DNA from: Candidatus Latescibacterota bacterium
Lineage (GTDB): Bacteria > Latescibacterota > UBA2968 > UBA8231
Assembly: GCA_965248265.1 (NCBI GenBank)
Contig: CBDFJF010000001.1
Location: forward strand, 1,792,001 to 1,856,000
Direction: 5' to 3'
DNA length: 64,000 nucleotides
The translations under genes and the position numbers were made by a program. The notes under the pieces are model-generated. The model was not told where the DNA came from. It made no database searches and saw only the letters and a program-made list of their open reading frames with translations. Of this stretch, positions 28,154 through 38,943 are shown one piece after another. Numbering within the stretch: position 1 is the stretch's first letter; each line of letters opens with the position of its first letter.

Positions 28154-31069
28154 TCAGTACGCCACGGCAATGGTGCCGCCGATTGAGCTGGCAAGTTCCC
28201 GCTGAGAAGTCCGAACGGATATTCGGTAGAGATACAACCCGGGAGCGCACAGCCTGCCCGCGTCATCCAGGCCATCCCATACCAGCGTGGCATCGCCCAC
28301 ACCTTGCAAACTTTCAGTGACGCCGTAAACGGTGTGCCCGGATAGTGAATACACCCTGAGGTTCAGCTGCCCGTGACCCAGAAAGGAGAGGGCCTGCACA
28401 TGGAAACGGACAACGTCGTTGATGTCATCTGCGTTCGGACTGAATGGATTCGGCGCCAACGACGTCAGCCTGACTCCCGGACTCACCTGGCCGGTAGCGA
28501 GAACATCCAGCGTGCTGATCTCACCAGACTGTGATGCGTCTCCGGGTTCGGCTCGTTGCCTCACCCCCTCGGACTGCAGATCGGACCAGACCCAGCTCGG
28601 GAATTGTGTAAGCCTCTGAAAAACAGGGGTTTCGAACCCGAATTCGATGGTGCGACCCTGTCCTTGCGGGAATTCGTCCAGGCCAACTGTGGACATTTTC
28701 ACCGACAACATCGGCGAGCCGTCCCGCGAGCCGTCAACACCAACCACAGCCGCAAAGATCTTCTCCCGTCCATCAAGGCTGAGTCCGTCAAGCCATTCAC
28801 TGTCAGACTGGGGCAGGTCGGGAGGCGTCTCAAGTCGGGTCCACGGCAGGCTGTCCACTCCCAACCAGAGAAGCGTCGTTCGCGATGACGGCACGGCGAT
28901 GTCGATACGATTGAAGCCCTCCGTCGGGGAATCGAACGCCGGAAGCAGAGCGTATGTGTAGGTGGAAACGACCCCCAGTTGAGCCTTGGTAGGTGTGATT
29001 TGAGCCAGGATCCCTCGGCCGGCAACCGGGACTCCATAGTCGAGCTCGATGAAATCGAGGGCGGTTCCGCCCTGCGAGTCCGCGGTGAAATCGACGCGCA
29101 GTTGGACGTAGCGGCTCAAGGGCAGACGGAAGGGAAGAGCAGCGTGAACGATCGACCCAGGGACTCCTGGCGAGAGTTCGAGCGGCGGAGACCATGGCGT
29201 CCATCCTCCCCTGATACCGTCCTCGGAGCCGAATTCGTTCATGGGCAGCGTCTTGAACCTTGCCCGTTGCACCTCGCTGAGCGCTGCGTAGCCGTAAGCG
29301 TCCAGACGGGTGCCGGGTTGAGGCCAGTCGAGGACGATGGAGTCGTCCACGAAGGGCGATTGTGACTCGGGGTTGGTTCCCCTCTGGTAGATGCGAGTGT
29401 GGGGTGAGGTCCCCGATCTGATTCGCATATGCGCATGAGCATGGTCCCCCTCGGCTTGGAGACGATATCGCACATCGCCGAGGATGACGGATTGCCCTGT
29501 GGCTTCCAAATCGACCTGTTGACTCAACGCCGATTGCGCCAGCTCATCGATATCAATGTGGTTGTCCCCATCCATGTCACGGGTGGTGAAGGACTCGAAT
29601 GACACTGGCCTCGTCGAGTCTTCGGCATCGAAAAAACGGTGAACTACCGGACGGGATTGCCCGAGATCGACGATTTCACTCACGAGAGATGCTTCGTGAG
29701 AATAACCGCTGCCGAAGACCTCGAACTCGGCGATCTCCCAGGGAATGCCAGAGTCCATATCCCCACGCAGATCGAGGGCACGCACGTTGGGGGATGGACC
29801 GAACTCGCCACCATCGAAGCGGAATTCCTTGATTGCGGGACGCACCTGGTCGACCTGTTGCGGGATGATGAAGTCGTTGACCAGTAATCGGCTTTGCAGA
29901 CTGCCATTGACCAGGCGCGTCTGCACATGATCCGGGCTGTCACTGGCATAGTGGATCTGGAATGAGGAAGGTGAACGATCGGCAAAGCCCGGCCGTGGAC
30001 GAACCCGGAGCAGATCTACCTGATAGGTTCCCAGCAACTCGACGCGAAATCCCGTGTTCTCAGTGCGCTGTGTCCAAGTCCTGGAGGTGCGGATATCGCC
30101 ATCCACGATCTGCCCGTATCCCGTGTCGCCGTGCCGGTTGGAGCCACGCTCCGCCCCGAAGCGTGCGGTGTTGAAGGGATCCCGGTGACCGTAGATACCA
30201 CTGAGAAAGCGATCGTCCTGCACCCGGTTGAGATTGCGCAGTGAATCCAGACGCACCGGTCTCAACCAGTCGGCAGGTACCAGCAGCCGGGAAACAGGTC
30301 TGGCCAGCACCGGATCACCACCGGAAACGAGTGCTTCGTAGACTCCCCGTTCGGCATCCAGGTGAAAGACCAGAGCTGCGATCTGCTGAGGGTTTAGCCC
30401 CTGCAGGTCGTACTCATACACCATCCGCCGAACGCTTTCCGGCAGAGAGATGGGAGCTGCCGCCGCGTCCTCGTCGACCAGACCGTCGCCATCGTTGTCG
30501 GTGCCATCCAGGGCGTCCTCGTTGAAACGGCCATCGTAGTCATCGTCACCGAATCCGTATCCCGCAAGATCGGCACCCGCCGAAACGGCGGTCGGGGCTC
30601 GATGGAATGGCGCCTGTGCGTAGGCTTGCGCGAGAATGGGATCCCAGAAAACACCCCCAGTGTGGCGACCGTCCTCGTTGAGCAGGCCGTCAGCGTCGTT
30701 GTCCCGCTGCCCGTCGGGACCGTCCTCATCAATCAAGCCGTCTCCGTCGTTGTCCAGGCCGTCAGGGGCGTCCTCGTTGACCAATCCGTCGGCGTCGTCG
30801 TCGACGAGATCAACCGGGTCTTCGTCTATGGCTCCGTCGCCATCGTCATCGACGACGACTTCGGTGGCATGGGATCCACCCCATGCGTAATCCGGTCGAT
30901 AGGACTCACCGGCATCGAACAGCTGGCTCACGGGGTGGAGACGCCATGGATGTTGGGCGTCGCCGAAACGCCAGGCAGTCGTTTGAGCCGATGGTTCTCC
31001 AGGTCGCAGAAGGCAAATCGTCAACCCGATGAGACCGGAACCCACCCTTGAGACGACAGTTGAGCTCAT
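28154..31069 (-). CDS. Large exported protein with DxDxDG repeats and FlgD-Ig/T9SS-like C-terminal domain (paralog 3)
   Basis: Signal peptide; DDDGDGxxDED repeats; C-terminus PNPFSPNADDIND...VYSLSG...WDGLDDAGRLCAPGLYLY. Confidence 0.8.
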   Translation of the reverse strand: MSSTVVSRVGSGLIGLTICLLRPGEPSAQTTAWRFGDAQHPWRLHPVSQLFDAGESYRPDYAWGGSHATEVVVDDDGDGAIDEDPVDLVDDDADGLVNEDAPDGLDNDGDGLIDEDGPDGQRDNDADGLLNEDGRHTGGVFWDPILAQAYAQAPFHRAPTAVSAGADLAGYGFGDDDYDGRFNEDALDGTDNDGDGLVDEDAAAAPISLPESVRRMVYEYDLQGLNPQQIAALVFHLDAERGVYEALVSGGDPVLARPVSRLLVPADWLRPVRLDSLRNLNRVQDDRFLSGIYGHRDPFNTARFGAERGSNRHGDTGYGQIVDGDIRTSRTWTQRTENTGFRVELLGTYQVDLLRVRPRPGFADRSPSSFQIHYASDSPDHVQTRLVNGSLQSRLLVNDFIIPQQVDQVRPAIKEFRFDGGEFGPSPNVRALDLRGDMDSGIPWEIAEFEVFGSGYSHEASLVSEIVDLGQSRPVVHRFFDAEDSTRPVSFESFTTRDMDGDNHIDIDELAQSALSQQVDLEATGQSVILGDVRYRLQAEGDHAHAHMRIRSGTSPHTRIYQRGTNPESQSPFVDDSIVLDWPQPGTRLDAYGYAALSEVQRARFKTLPMNEFGSEDGIRGGWTPWSPPLELSPGVPGSIVHAALPFRLPLSRYVQLRVDFTADSQGGTALDFIELDYGVPVAGRGILAQITPTKAQLGVVSTYTYALLPAFDSPTEGFNRIDIAVPSSRTTLLWLGVDSLPWTRLETPPDLPQSDSEWLDGLSLDGREKIFAAVVGVDGSRDGSPMLSVKMSTVGLDEFPQGQGRTIEFGFETPVFQRLTQFPSWVWSDLQSEGVRQRAEPGDASQSGEISTLDVLATGQVSPGVRLTSLAPNPFSPNADDINDVVRFHVQALSFLGHGQLNLRVYSLSGHTVYGVTESLQGVGDATLVWDGLDDAGRLCAPGLYLYRISVRTSQRELASSIGGTIAVAY

Positions 31070-32781
31070 TTCAATACCGCTCGCTCTTGAACCAACTCGG
31101 CGATCGACTCATCATGCCAGACCACATCGCTGCCATAGGCCTGCCTCAAGCCGTCGATGTAGCGCTCGAACTCATCCGCATTCTTCTCACGTTTGAGCTT
31201 GTATTCGAGGATGGGCCGCACCGATTCGAAGGGACGAGGCCGGGACCCGGTGCGGCCTTCGATGCGAACGATGGCGTACCCGCCCTCCCCCAGCTCGATG
31301 GGCCCGATCAGGGAGTCGACGTCACCCCCCTTTATGGCCTCCCGGATGTGAGCGAGATCGGCATCTTCGTCGGCTCCGGGGAACTCGCTCACGTGACGGT
31401 GACCATGGGATGTTCTCCGGGTGCTGTAGCGGCGCGACAGCTCAACCATGTCTTCGCCTGTCACCACACGCCGCCGCAGCTGCCGTGCCAGTCGCAGACT
31501 GTCGGTGAAAATCTCCGTTATCTCGGTGGCCGGTTGCTCCGAGTACTCATCGATGTCCTGCTCGTAGTGTTGGCGCAGTTCCTCGTCGGTGATGACGATG
31601 CGCTCGATAACCTGCTTTTTTCGAAGATGGGTGACGGCCAGTTTCTCCAAGCGACGTTGGTGGAAACGCACGAAAGCCGAATCCTGGTCGAGGCCCCGTC
31701 TCCGAGCCTCCCAAACAAGGAGACTGTCGGCGAGTATTCGAGTCCGTATGGCCGCGACAAAACTCGAACTGTCTACAATCGCGTCACGGCCCAGGGCACC
31801 GGATCGCAGAAGTCGGATGCCGTCACCGACCCGCAACAACACCATGTCGGCCCCGCGAACCACTAGAGGCTGGCCTAGAGGCTGGCCGGATTGGGGAAAT
31901 ACCTGGCTGCCATCTTGGTGAGCGATATGCTCCTGCAGCTGGACAATGGCGGAGCCATGGTACGCCAGCTCGAAACGGGTCTCCAGACGGATGAGCAACC
32001 GATCCCGGGCAACCCGTTCGGTATGCTGCTGCAGATTGCGGCGCAATGGCTCGCGCACTTCTTCGAACGCGACCGTATCTGATGCCACAACCTTGACGAT
32101 TTCGAATCCTCTATTCGTTGGTATGATATCGGAGATGTCACCCACTTCGATATTCCCGATCCCTGCCGCCAACGCCGGTGGCAGATCCCCAAGACCGAAG
32201 TAGCGGGCAAGGTCACCCCCGGCTGCGGCATCGGGCGCACGGGATCGCGACCGCGCTACCTCGGCGAAGTCCGCTCCTTCCGCCAACATCTGGGCCGCCT
32301 CGACGGCGCTGACTTCGTCAGACAGCTCAATGTGGGCGAGCCGGACCCGGCGGTTCCAACCGTTCAGGTAGGCCTGCTCTTCCTGGGCCGCAGTGACCCG
32401 GACCGAGTCGCCCATCACCGATTCAAGGAGGTGCCTGTTCAGCCACTCTACCGCATGCCGGTGAAGTCGGCGTTGAACTTCAGCAAGCTCGAAATACCCC
32501 AGCTTCTGGGCCTCGATCACCATGATCTGTCGGTCAACCAATCCCCCCAGCACATCGCGCATCTGGGCCTCCCCGGTATACACCGATTGCAGGTGCTCGG
32601 GCAGTCTGGCCTCGTAGGCTCTCAGATCGGCTTCACTGACAGCGAAGTCGCCGACTTCGACCAGGACCGTGGGAGCATCTGAACCCTGCGTGCACGCCAG
32701 CATCCCCAAGAACAGGACCACGGCCCGGGGTATGGCCAGCCTTGCCGTCGGCGACAGGGGTCGAGTTGACAGCGGCGGCAC
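31066..32781 (-). CDS. PpiC/parvulin peptidyl-prolyl isomerase lipoprotein (SurA/PrsA-like, two domains)
   Basis: Lipobox-like GMLAC; RLAHI, GADFAEVAR..S...A..GGDL, GDISDII.T..GFEI; second degenerate domain. Start approximate; ATGA coupling to the downstream gene. Confidence 0.82.
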   Translation of the reverse strand: MPPLSTRPLSPTARLAIPRAVVLFLGMLACTQGSDAPTVLVEVGDFAVSEADLRAYEARLPEHLQSVYTGEAQMRDVLGGLVDRQIMVIEAQKLGYFELAEVQRRLHRHAVEWLNRHLLESVMGDSVRVTAAQEEQAYLNGWNRRVRLAHIELSDEVSAVEAAQMLAEGADFAEVARSRSRAPDAAAGGDLARYFGLGDLPPALAAGIGNIEVGDISDIIPTNRGFEIVKVVASDTVAFEEVREPLRRNLQQHTERVARDRLLIRLETRFELAYHGSAIVQLQEHIAHQDGSQVFPQSGQPLGQPLVVRGADMVLLRVGDGIRLLRSGALGRDAIVDSSSFVAAIRTRILADSLLVWEARRRGLDQDSAFVRFHQRRLEKLAVTHLRKKQVIERIVITDEELRQHYEQDIDEYSEQPATEITEIFTDSLRLARQLRRRVVTGEDMVELSRRYSTRRTSHGHRHVSEFPGADEDADLAHIREAIKGGDVDSLIGPIELGEGGYAIVRIEGRTGSRPRPFESVRPILEYKLKREKNADEFERYIDGLRQAYGSDVVWHDESIAELVQERAVLK

Positions 32782-32797
32782 CTGTGAATTCTGAATC

Positions 32798-35593
32798 TCA
32801 GTCGTCAAAGCCTGCGTACACGGTGAAGAAGATGAAGGTTTCTGTCTGTGGCGCCGCCAGGACATCGATGTCGACCCGTGCCACGCGCAGGCCGAAATGG
32901 GTGTAGACGACGTATCCCAGGTAGGGACTCCGATTGGAGAGTTGGGCGGCGCTGACGAGTTCCCGGCGGGGCGACCCCTCGAGGGTAGCCTTGGCGCTTT
33001 TGCGAAACTGCCTCGTCCACAGGTACTCGAGGCCGAACTGGGCGCTGGTGCGACTGAGCAACGAACAGTGCGCGATGAGAAATGCGGACTCCCTGAGTTC
33101 TGATGTGGGCGGGTTCAGCGGATCCTGAATCGAGGACGGTACCAGACGCTGAAACTCACTCTTCCACCGAGGTTCAACCCGTATGCTCCCAAGCGGGAAC
33201 GAGTAGGCGATCTTGTTGATCACACCGAAAAAACTCGCGGTGCGCCGAATCGGGAGAACGCTGGGGATTCCGGGGCTATCGTCCACCTGACGGAAAAACT
33301 CGTACTTGACCTTGGACTGCAGGTTCATCCCAGACACCTGTGTGAGGTCGTGGCGCAGGTAAAAGGTGTTGGCCCATGCATCGCGCGCCGGTAAGGGGTC
33401 GGCCCGGTCCCTTACCTCTCCAGCTATGCCGTCGGCGATACGCCAGATCAGGATATCGTCCTCGATGTCGTCCCGTGCCCGGCGCAGGTTGTCGAACACC
33501 CGCACGCGGCCCATCCGGGGAAAATCTCGTTCGTAGGTGAACAACAGGTAGTCGGTTTCATTGCGGCGTTCATCCGCCAGCTGTCTCTCATCCAGCCTCC
33601 CCACGGTCAGCCGGGCGAAGGGTCCCAGATGAGCGCCACCGTAGATGTTGTACCCCCGGCGATCGCGCTTGTAGGGATAGTCGGGCTCATCGTCGTTCTC
33701 GAAGCGATCGATGTAGCCGTTGTTGTTCATGTCGACGCCGAACAAAAACTGAGGTCGGTCTACGTGGTATCTCAGGAACGGCTCCTCCCAGTCGGGATTG
33801 AGATTGGGCCTGACGATGTCTACGTGATTCTGATTGAAGTCGGCGACGAAGTCGTTGTTCTCGTCCCAACCCGGGAAGACGAAGTCATCTCCCGCCCCCT
33901 GCCCGCGTCGTTGCCAGTCTGGATGGCGATCCTGATCGTCGTTGTCTTCCACCAGTTCGTAGACCGATTGGGTCGGTTGATCGTATCGCACCGGGCCGGT
34001 ATCGCCCGCCTCTGAAGCGACGAAGGAACTGGTGCTGTAGTCGGGATCGATGCGATAGATCTCGGCGAAGGTGAAATACGGGTACAGTTGGCGCGACGCA
34101 TTGATCAACCACGCGTTAGCCGCCTCGACGTGGTGGTGATGTCTTGTCGGATCGGGCTGCGCGAATTGCGGGTAGCGCATGTGCCGCCGGTTTCTGGCGA
34201 ATTCGGCCTGTACGTCGAATCCCCCCAGGTCGCGCAGTTCGGCTGTCATGCCGACGATCTCGTTGGCCGTGGGCAAGCCATACTCCACGGACACGAAACG
34301 CTGATTGGATCCGTCCTTGACGTTGCCGGGGGCCCTCACCGTTCGCTCCGCCAACCCCTGCGAGAGAAAAACCGGCTGGTTGAGTTCGTTTACCTGAACA
34401 TTCGAGGTCAGATCGACGCGGTAGTCGTTGGCCAGTAGCAAACGAAACTCAACTTGCGTGATCTGTGCAGGGACGGGGCCTGCGGCGGCGCGGTAGAGCT
34501 CTCCGGTGAAGTCGTAGCGCAGTGAGATCGTCCGAAATCCGTCGGCGACTCGGATGCCCCCGCGATCGACACCGCCCTCAACGGTCGGATGATAGTTGAG
34601 GATTGCTTCTCCAGCCGGGCCAGTACGCTGATTGCTGACGCGGCGCCCGTCTGTGGTGGAGATGATGATTTCTTCCAGGAAGTAGGCCGCCCCTCCCTCC
34701 TGGTCCTCGGGCGAGTCGTCGCTCAACTGGATCACGATCTCGCGGACCTCGCCGTTTTGCTGTTCCGTCAGCGAGCCCTTGAGAGGATTGCCCTCAAAGG
34801 CCCCACCCCGCGTCGTGGCGTTGAAGGCATTGACATAAGTAACTCCGACGCGAGCGAAGTCGCCTACTTGAGCCTGGAATCGGCCTCCGAGAAGATTCGT
34901 GACGTTGGAGCGGTCGTTGGCCTCGGTGTCGTCGCTGCGAAAACCGCTCGGCCTGGAGGCGATGATGGTGGTTTCGTACTTGTCGCTGGCCAGATCGAAT
35001 TGAATCCCGTCGAATGCCGGTTTTGAGAAGGTCAGCGGCGTCAAGGTCGTCCGGATCTCATCTCCCACGGTGACACTGGCGTGGTATTGCCCCCTCGCAT
35101 CCGAAGCGACGATCAGGTTCGAGAAGAAGTCGCTGTACTGGGAAGTCTTGAGGAGGCGACTGCCTGCCGCCTCGGGTTCGGACACGGTCCAGTCGAACAC
35201 CAGCCAGCCTCTGGTAACGTAGCCTCCGTAGATATCGTAAAAGTGGTCCCCCTCAAGACTGGTGCGAACGTAGCGTTGGTACGGAGTGCGGGCGTAATTG
35301 CTGGTCTCCCACTGTCTCCAGCGATACGCATTGAACAACTCCTGCGGCACGTACCACTTCCGCACCGCGGGATCGAGGGCGTCATACAGGACTCCGGGGC
35401 CCTGTGGTTCGAAGCCCACTTCACCCCCAACCCGTGGCGTGCCCAGGCGATTACCGGGATCCTCTGCTGCAACACGACAAACCAACCACAGACACACGAT
35501 CACCGCGAGTGCGAGCCAACCACGTCGCCTACGCGCGGCGGGTGTTCTCCCGTCCCTGTGATGAGATGAAGCGGTATCAGAGCACATGGACAC
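32798..35593 (-). CDS. Large exported protein, putative outer-membrane beta-barrel with Ca-binding loops
   Basis: Signal peptide; many alternating strands (GYNIYGG, YLLFTYE, FYLRHDL, VEPRWKSEF); DENNDF and DMNNNG loops; ends FIFFTVYAGFDD. Confidence 0.6.
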   Translation of the reverse strand: MSMCSDTASSHHRDGRTPAARRRRGWLALAVIVCLWLVCRVAAEDPGNRLGTPRVGGEVGFEPQGPGVLYDALDPAVRKWYVPQELFNAYRWRQWETSNYARTPYQRYVRTSLEGDHFYDIYGGYVTRGWLVFDWTVSEPEAAGSRLLKTSQYSDFFSNLIVASDARGQYHASVTVGDEIRTTLTPLTFSKPAFDGIQFDLASDKYETTIIASRPSGFRSDDTEANDRSNVTNLLGGRFQAQVGDFARVGVTYVNAFNATTRGGAFEGNPLKGSLTEQQNGEVREIVIQLSDDSPEDQEGGAAYFLEEIIISTTDGRRVSNQRTGPAGEAILNYHPTVEGGVDRGGIRVADGFRTISLRYDFTGELYRAAAGPVPAQITQVEFRLLLANDYRVDLTSNVQVNELNQPVFLSQGLAERTVRAPGNVKDGSNQRFVSVEYGLPTANEIVGMTAELRDLGGFDVQAEFARNRRHMRYPQFAQPDPTRHHHHVEAANAWLINASRQLYPYFTFAEIYRIDPDYSTSSFVASEAGDTGPVRYDQPTQSVYELVEDNDDQDRHPDWQRRGQGAGDDFVFPGWDENNDFVADFNQNHVDIVRPNLNPDWEEPFLRYHVDRPQFLFGVDMNNNGYIDRFENDDEPDYPYKRDRRGYNIYGGAHLGPFARLTVGRLDERQLADERRNETDYLLFTYERDFPRMGRVRVFDNLRRARDDIEDDILIWRIADGIAGEVRDRADPLPARDAWANTFYLRHDLTQVSGMNLQSKVKYEFFRQVDDSPGIPSVLPIRRTASFFGVINKIAYSFPLGSIRVEPRWKSEFQRLVPSSIQDPLNPPTSELRESAFLIAHCSLLSRTSAQFGLEYLWTRQFRKSAKATLEGSPRRELVSAAQLSNRSPYLGYVVYTHFGLRVARVDIDVLAAPQTETFIFFTVYAGFDD

Positions 35594-35601
35594 CTGGCAG
35601 A

Positions 35602-38600
35602 CTAGTAGACGACCGTTACGGTGCGGACGATCTGCACCTCATCGGCGTCCGTTCCCAGGCGCAGATTGAACAGGTACAGTCCCGGTGCGACCAACCGCCC
35701 ATCCTGCCGACGGCCATCCCATACATACCGCAATGCTCCGGTGGTGATCGGTCCGCCTCCCGCCTCGGTGCGAGCCCGAGCCACGAACCGTCCACTGAGA
35801 TCGTGAAAGGTGATGTGAGCTGGCCGCGGTTCCAACAGGTGGACGACCGTGAATTCGATAGCCAGCTCGTCGTTGACGTTGTCTCCGTTGGGCGAAAACA
35901 CGGAGGGCAGCTGTAACTCCTCTATGACGCCCAACTGCTCGAAGACTGTCGCCCGCGCCGTCTGGCTGTCCACCAGCTCAGTGGCATCGAGGCTCTGTAG
36001 AGGTACTCGCTGAAGAGAACGCTTGCTCTGCCGGCTGTTGCGCACAAAGGCCTGTACCGTAGAGGTCGGATCCAGGAACTTCGCCTTGAAACGAATCTCC
36101 ACCAGCGCGTGAAGGTCGGCGGCGGCCTTCGAGCCCAATACCTGGGGCAGGCTGATGACGGTTGTGTCTCCGCGTACCTGGAGGCTGAGATTTCTTCCCC
36201 GCGCATCCGTGAAATGGGGCGATTGGCTCTGGTTGGACGCAGGATCGAAGGAGGTGTCAAAGCGACTGCTTCCCAGCGGTTGGGGCGGTGCAGGCTCGTC
36301 TTGTCGCGTTGGCGCGACGGTCCCGGATCGGACCTGCACCAGCTCCGGTCGCCGCGGAACCACCAGCCAGACCTCGTCGAAACCAGCTGTTGCAGAATTG
36401 CCAGAGACCTGCCCGGCACGCAGAAAATAGGCGAACACCTGCTCTGACAGGGCGGGAATGTCGCGCGGGGATCGATAATCCTCGGTTTCGGCGCCCAGGT
36501 CACCAGGTGGCCTCGAAGTTCCTGATGGAGTCACCAATGCCAGCTCTCCGGCCAGTTCATCGGTGAGCGGGGTTGCCACCTCGACCTGGATGGAGCGCAG
36601 CCGGGCGCTGACCTGCGGATCCTCCGACTCGATCTGTGCCCGAATCTGGAGAAACCGCTGTGGCCCCCTGGAGTCGATGGTTGCCCGATTGAGATCAGAG
36701 ACCGAGCGGTATGGCTGGCTCCAGGCGCTCCACTGTGACAGCACCTGGCTGACGCTGAACTCCGCTTCGACGCGCGGATCGGACTTGCGCCGGCCGTCCT
36801 CGTCGATGAGTTGATCACCATCTTCGTCAACCCCATCGATACCGTCCTCGTCAATCAGTCCGTCGCCGTCGTCGTCACGGTCGCTGGCGTGGCGCATGAG
36901 GGTGATGGAACCACTCGCCCCCTGTGGCCCGCCACGATCATCAGTAAGGCCATCCTCGTCAATCAGTCGATCTCCGTCATCGTCGATTCCGTTTGGACCA
37001 TCCTCATCGACCAGGCCGTCGCCGTCGTCGTCACGCCCACTGCGGTGCTGCTGCAGGTTGATGGTGTGGGTCTCCGGCATCTGCAGCCAGACAGCGTAAT
37101 CGGCCTGCAGGGACCGTATGTCCTCGTACGCCGCTGAATCAATCACCGTCCTGCGCTCGCTGGAGGTGCCGGCAGCGATGATCTGATGGTAAGTGATTAC
37201 GGAATCGACTCGTGCACTGGTCCGCGTCTGCAGCCATAGCGCCACCTCAGGATGGCGGGAAATCGGTTCAGCCAGTTCGGCTGTGGCCGCGGCGTCAGCA
37301 TCCAGCGATCGCACGACAGCCTCGGCTTCCCAGACGATGTCTCCGAGTATGCGACTGGCATGCGACCCGTCGGGGTCCGCGGGGGCCATTGGGATTTCGG
37401 GAGAATAGAGCCCGATTTTGGCAGGAAAACCACTCCCGTACATCTGTATTTCATTGAAATTCGCGAAGGCATTGGAAAACCCGGACGTGCCGCCCGTCGG
37501 GTCCACATTCCGCAGTTGAAAAAAGCGCAACCGCCGCGGCGCGAAGCGTTCCCGCATCAGGCGAGCGGTGGCCGTGGTATTGTCCTTGTTGAGATCGCTG
37601 GCCAGATCTGCCCATCGTAATCCGCGTTCAAACTCGGGGTAATCCTCCAGATCCTGCAGCACCAGTGGCCGTACCGCGGTCCCGTCGGAGCCCAGCAGAT
37701 GCAATCCTTGAAGCGTGCCGACTACGTCGTTTTCTGTCGTTGGCAGGAACCCCAGAAAAATGGTGTCTATCCAGAACACGGCACCCAGATCCAGCCACAT
37801 CGTGCAACAGGCCGTGGTTGGACCACCAACCTGTTCGGAAAGCTGTGAATCCCAGGATGTGGCCAGCCAGCGGGTCAAGTAGACGCCGTCGGTCGCGGCA
37901 GCTGGCGAACCCCTCCCTCCTTCCTCGAACGCACCACCGGCACGCATGTGTGGTCTGTAGGCGACGTTGTCCCCAGGCCCCCACACTTCGATCTCAGAGA
38001 ATCGCGGTCGTTCGCGTTCGAAGTAGACGATATCTCCCTGCTCTGCCGGCGGGAGCTCGTCGTAGATCGCTGCCGCTGTCTTGATAGTACCACCGTCGGC
38101 GTCGACGGCTCGAAGCTCCGTGATCGTGCCGCCGGCAGTCACCCGTTGAAAAAGACGGCGGCCCCGGCGTGCAGACGGGAGCGCCTGGTATGCCTGCAGC
38201 CCGTCAGCCCCCTCGCCGAGCCGTGCTTTTTGATCGAAGTCACTGGAAACAATCGTGATCCGGATGAAGTGGATGAAACTGCCCTCGAGATCGGCTCGGC
38301 CATCCAGGTCCCCGTCGGCGCGATCCAGGGGATGAACTGCGAATACGTAGCGCCCGCCCCCGCCCTGACCGCGGCCACTGCCGATGGCATCGTAGCGATA
38401 GCCGCGCCCTGATGCTGTGCCGATCTGCTTGCCCATCGACGCTTCGACGGCAAACAGTTTGGGGGCATCCGATGGTGGAGTGCGTATGACGATGCTGTCC
38501 ACCCAAACCGCGCGGCCGAGGTCGATGTTGATTTGCCACCTGCTCAGATCGCCTCGATCTAAATCAGTTGAAGGCGGTTCCCAGCAGGAATCGACGTCAC

Positions 38601-38943
38601 CGTCGACGAGAAGGCCGGCCAGGTGGGCATTGGCCAGCGCCGTGATGTTGCCCCGGACACTATTGCCGCCCTGACGGACACCGTCAGCGTATTCGAACTG
38701 GCCCATGTCCGTCGTATAATTGCGCTTTCGCGCCTGGAAACGAGGGGCGATGCCGCCTGAATCGAGGTGAAATAGGCGAGTGGAATCGATAGCGGCCGCT
38801 CGCTGCTCGACGATGTCGTTTTGATAAATCCAATTGCGCCAGTGCTCGACGCCACGCACCACGATCCCGTCAGCCGTGTGCTGGTATGCCTCACCGTAAG
38901 CGCCGGCGCTCAAAGCAGTCACGACGAGCAGGAGGATGGCCAT
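35602..38943 (-). CDS. Large exported protein with DxDxDG repeats and FlgD-Ig/T9SS-like C-terminal domain (paralog 2)
   Basis: Signal peptide; discoidin-like segments (IDLGR, WLDLGAVFWID); acidic repeats; C-terminus PSVFSPNGDNVND...HDLSGR...WDGRRQDGRLVAPGLYLF. Confidence 0.8.
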   Translation of the reverse strand: MAILLLVVTALSAGAYGEAYQHTADGIVVRGVEHWRNWIYQNDIVEQRAAAIDSTRLFHLDSGGIAPRFQARKRNYTTDMGQFEYADGVRQGGNSVRGNITALANAHLAGLLVDGDVDSCWEPPSTDLDRGDLSRWQINIDLGRAVWVDSIVIRTPPSDAPKLFAVEASMGKQIGTASGRGYRYDAIGSGRGQGGGGRYVFAVHPLDRADGDLDGRADLEGSFIHFIRITIVSSDFDQKARLGEGADGLQAYQALPSARRGRRLFQRVTAGGTITELRAVDADGGTIKTAAAIYDELPPAEQGDIVYFERERPRFSEIEVWGPGDNVAYRPHMRAGGAFEEGGRGSPAAATDGVYLTRWLATSWDSQLSEQVGGPTTACCTMWLDLGAVFWIDTIFLGFLPTTENDVVGTLQGLHLLGSDGTAVRPLVLQDLEDYPEFERGLRWADLASDLNKDNTTATARLMRERFAPRRLRFFQLRNVDPTGGTSGFSNAFANFNEIQMYGSGFPAKIGLYSPEIPMAPADPDGSHASRILGDIVWEAEAVVRSLDADAAATAELAEPISRHPEVALWLQTRTSARVDSVITYHQIIAAGTSSERRTVIDSAAYEDIRSLQADYAVWLQMPETHTINLQQHRSGRDDDGDGLVDEDGPNGIDDDGDRLIDEDGLTDDRGGPQGASGSITLMRHASDRDDDGDGLIDEDGIDGVDEDGDQLIDEDGRRKSDPRVEAEFSVSQVLSQWSAWSQPYRSVSDLNRATIDSRGPQRFLQIRAQIESEDPQVSARLRSIQVEVATPLTDELAGELALVTPSGTSRPPGDLGAETEDYRSPRDIPALSEQVFAYFLRAGQVSGNSATAGFDEVWLVVPRRPELVQVRSGTVAPTRQDEPAPPQPLGSSRFDTSFDPASNQSQSPHFTDARGRNLSLQVRGDTTVISLPQVLGSKAAADLHALVEIRFKAKFLDPTSTVQAFVRNSRQSKRSLQRVPLQSLDATELVDSQTARATVFEQLGVIEELQLPSVFSPNGDNVNDELAIEFTVVHLLEPRPAHITFHDLSGRFVARARTEAGGGPITTGALRYVWDGRRQDGRLVAPGLYLFNLRLGTDADEVQIVRTVTVVY

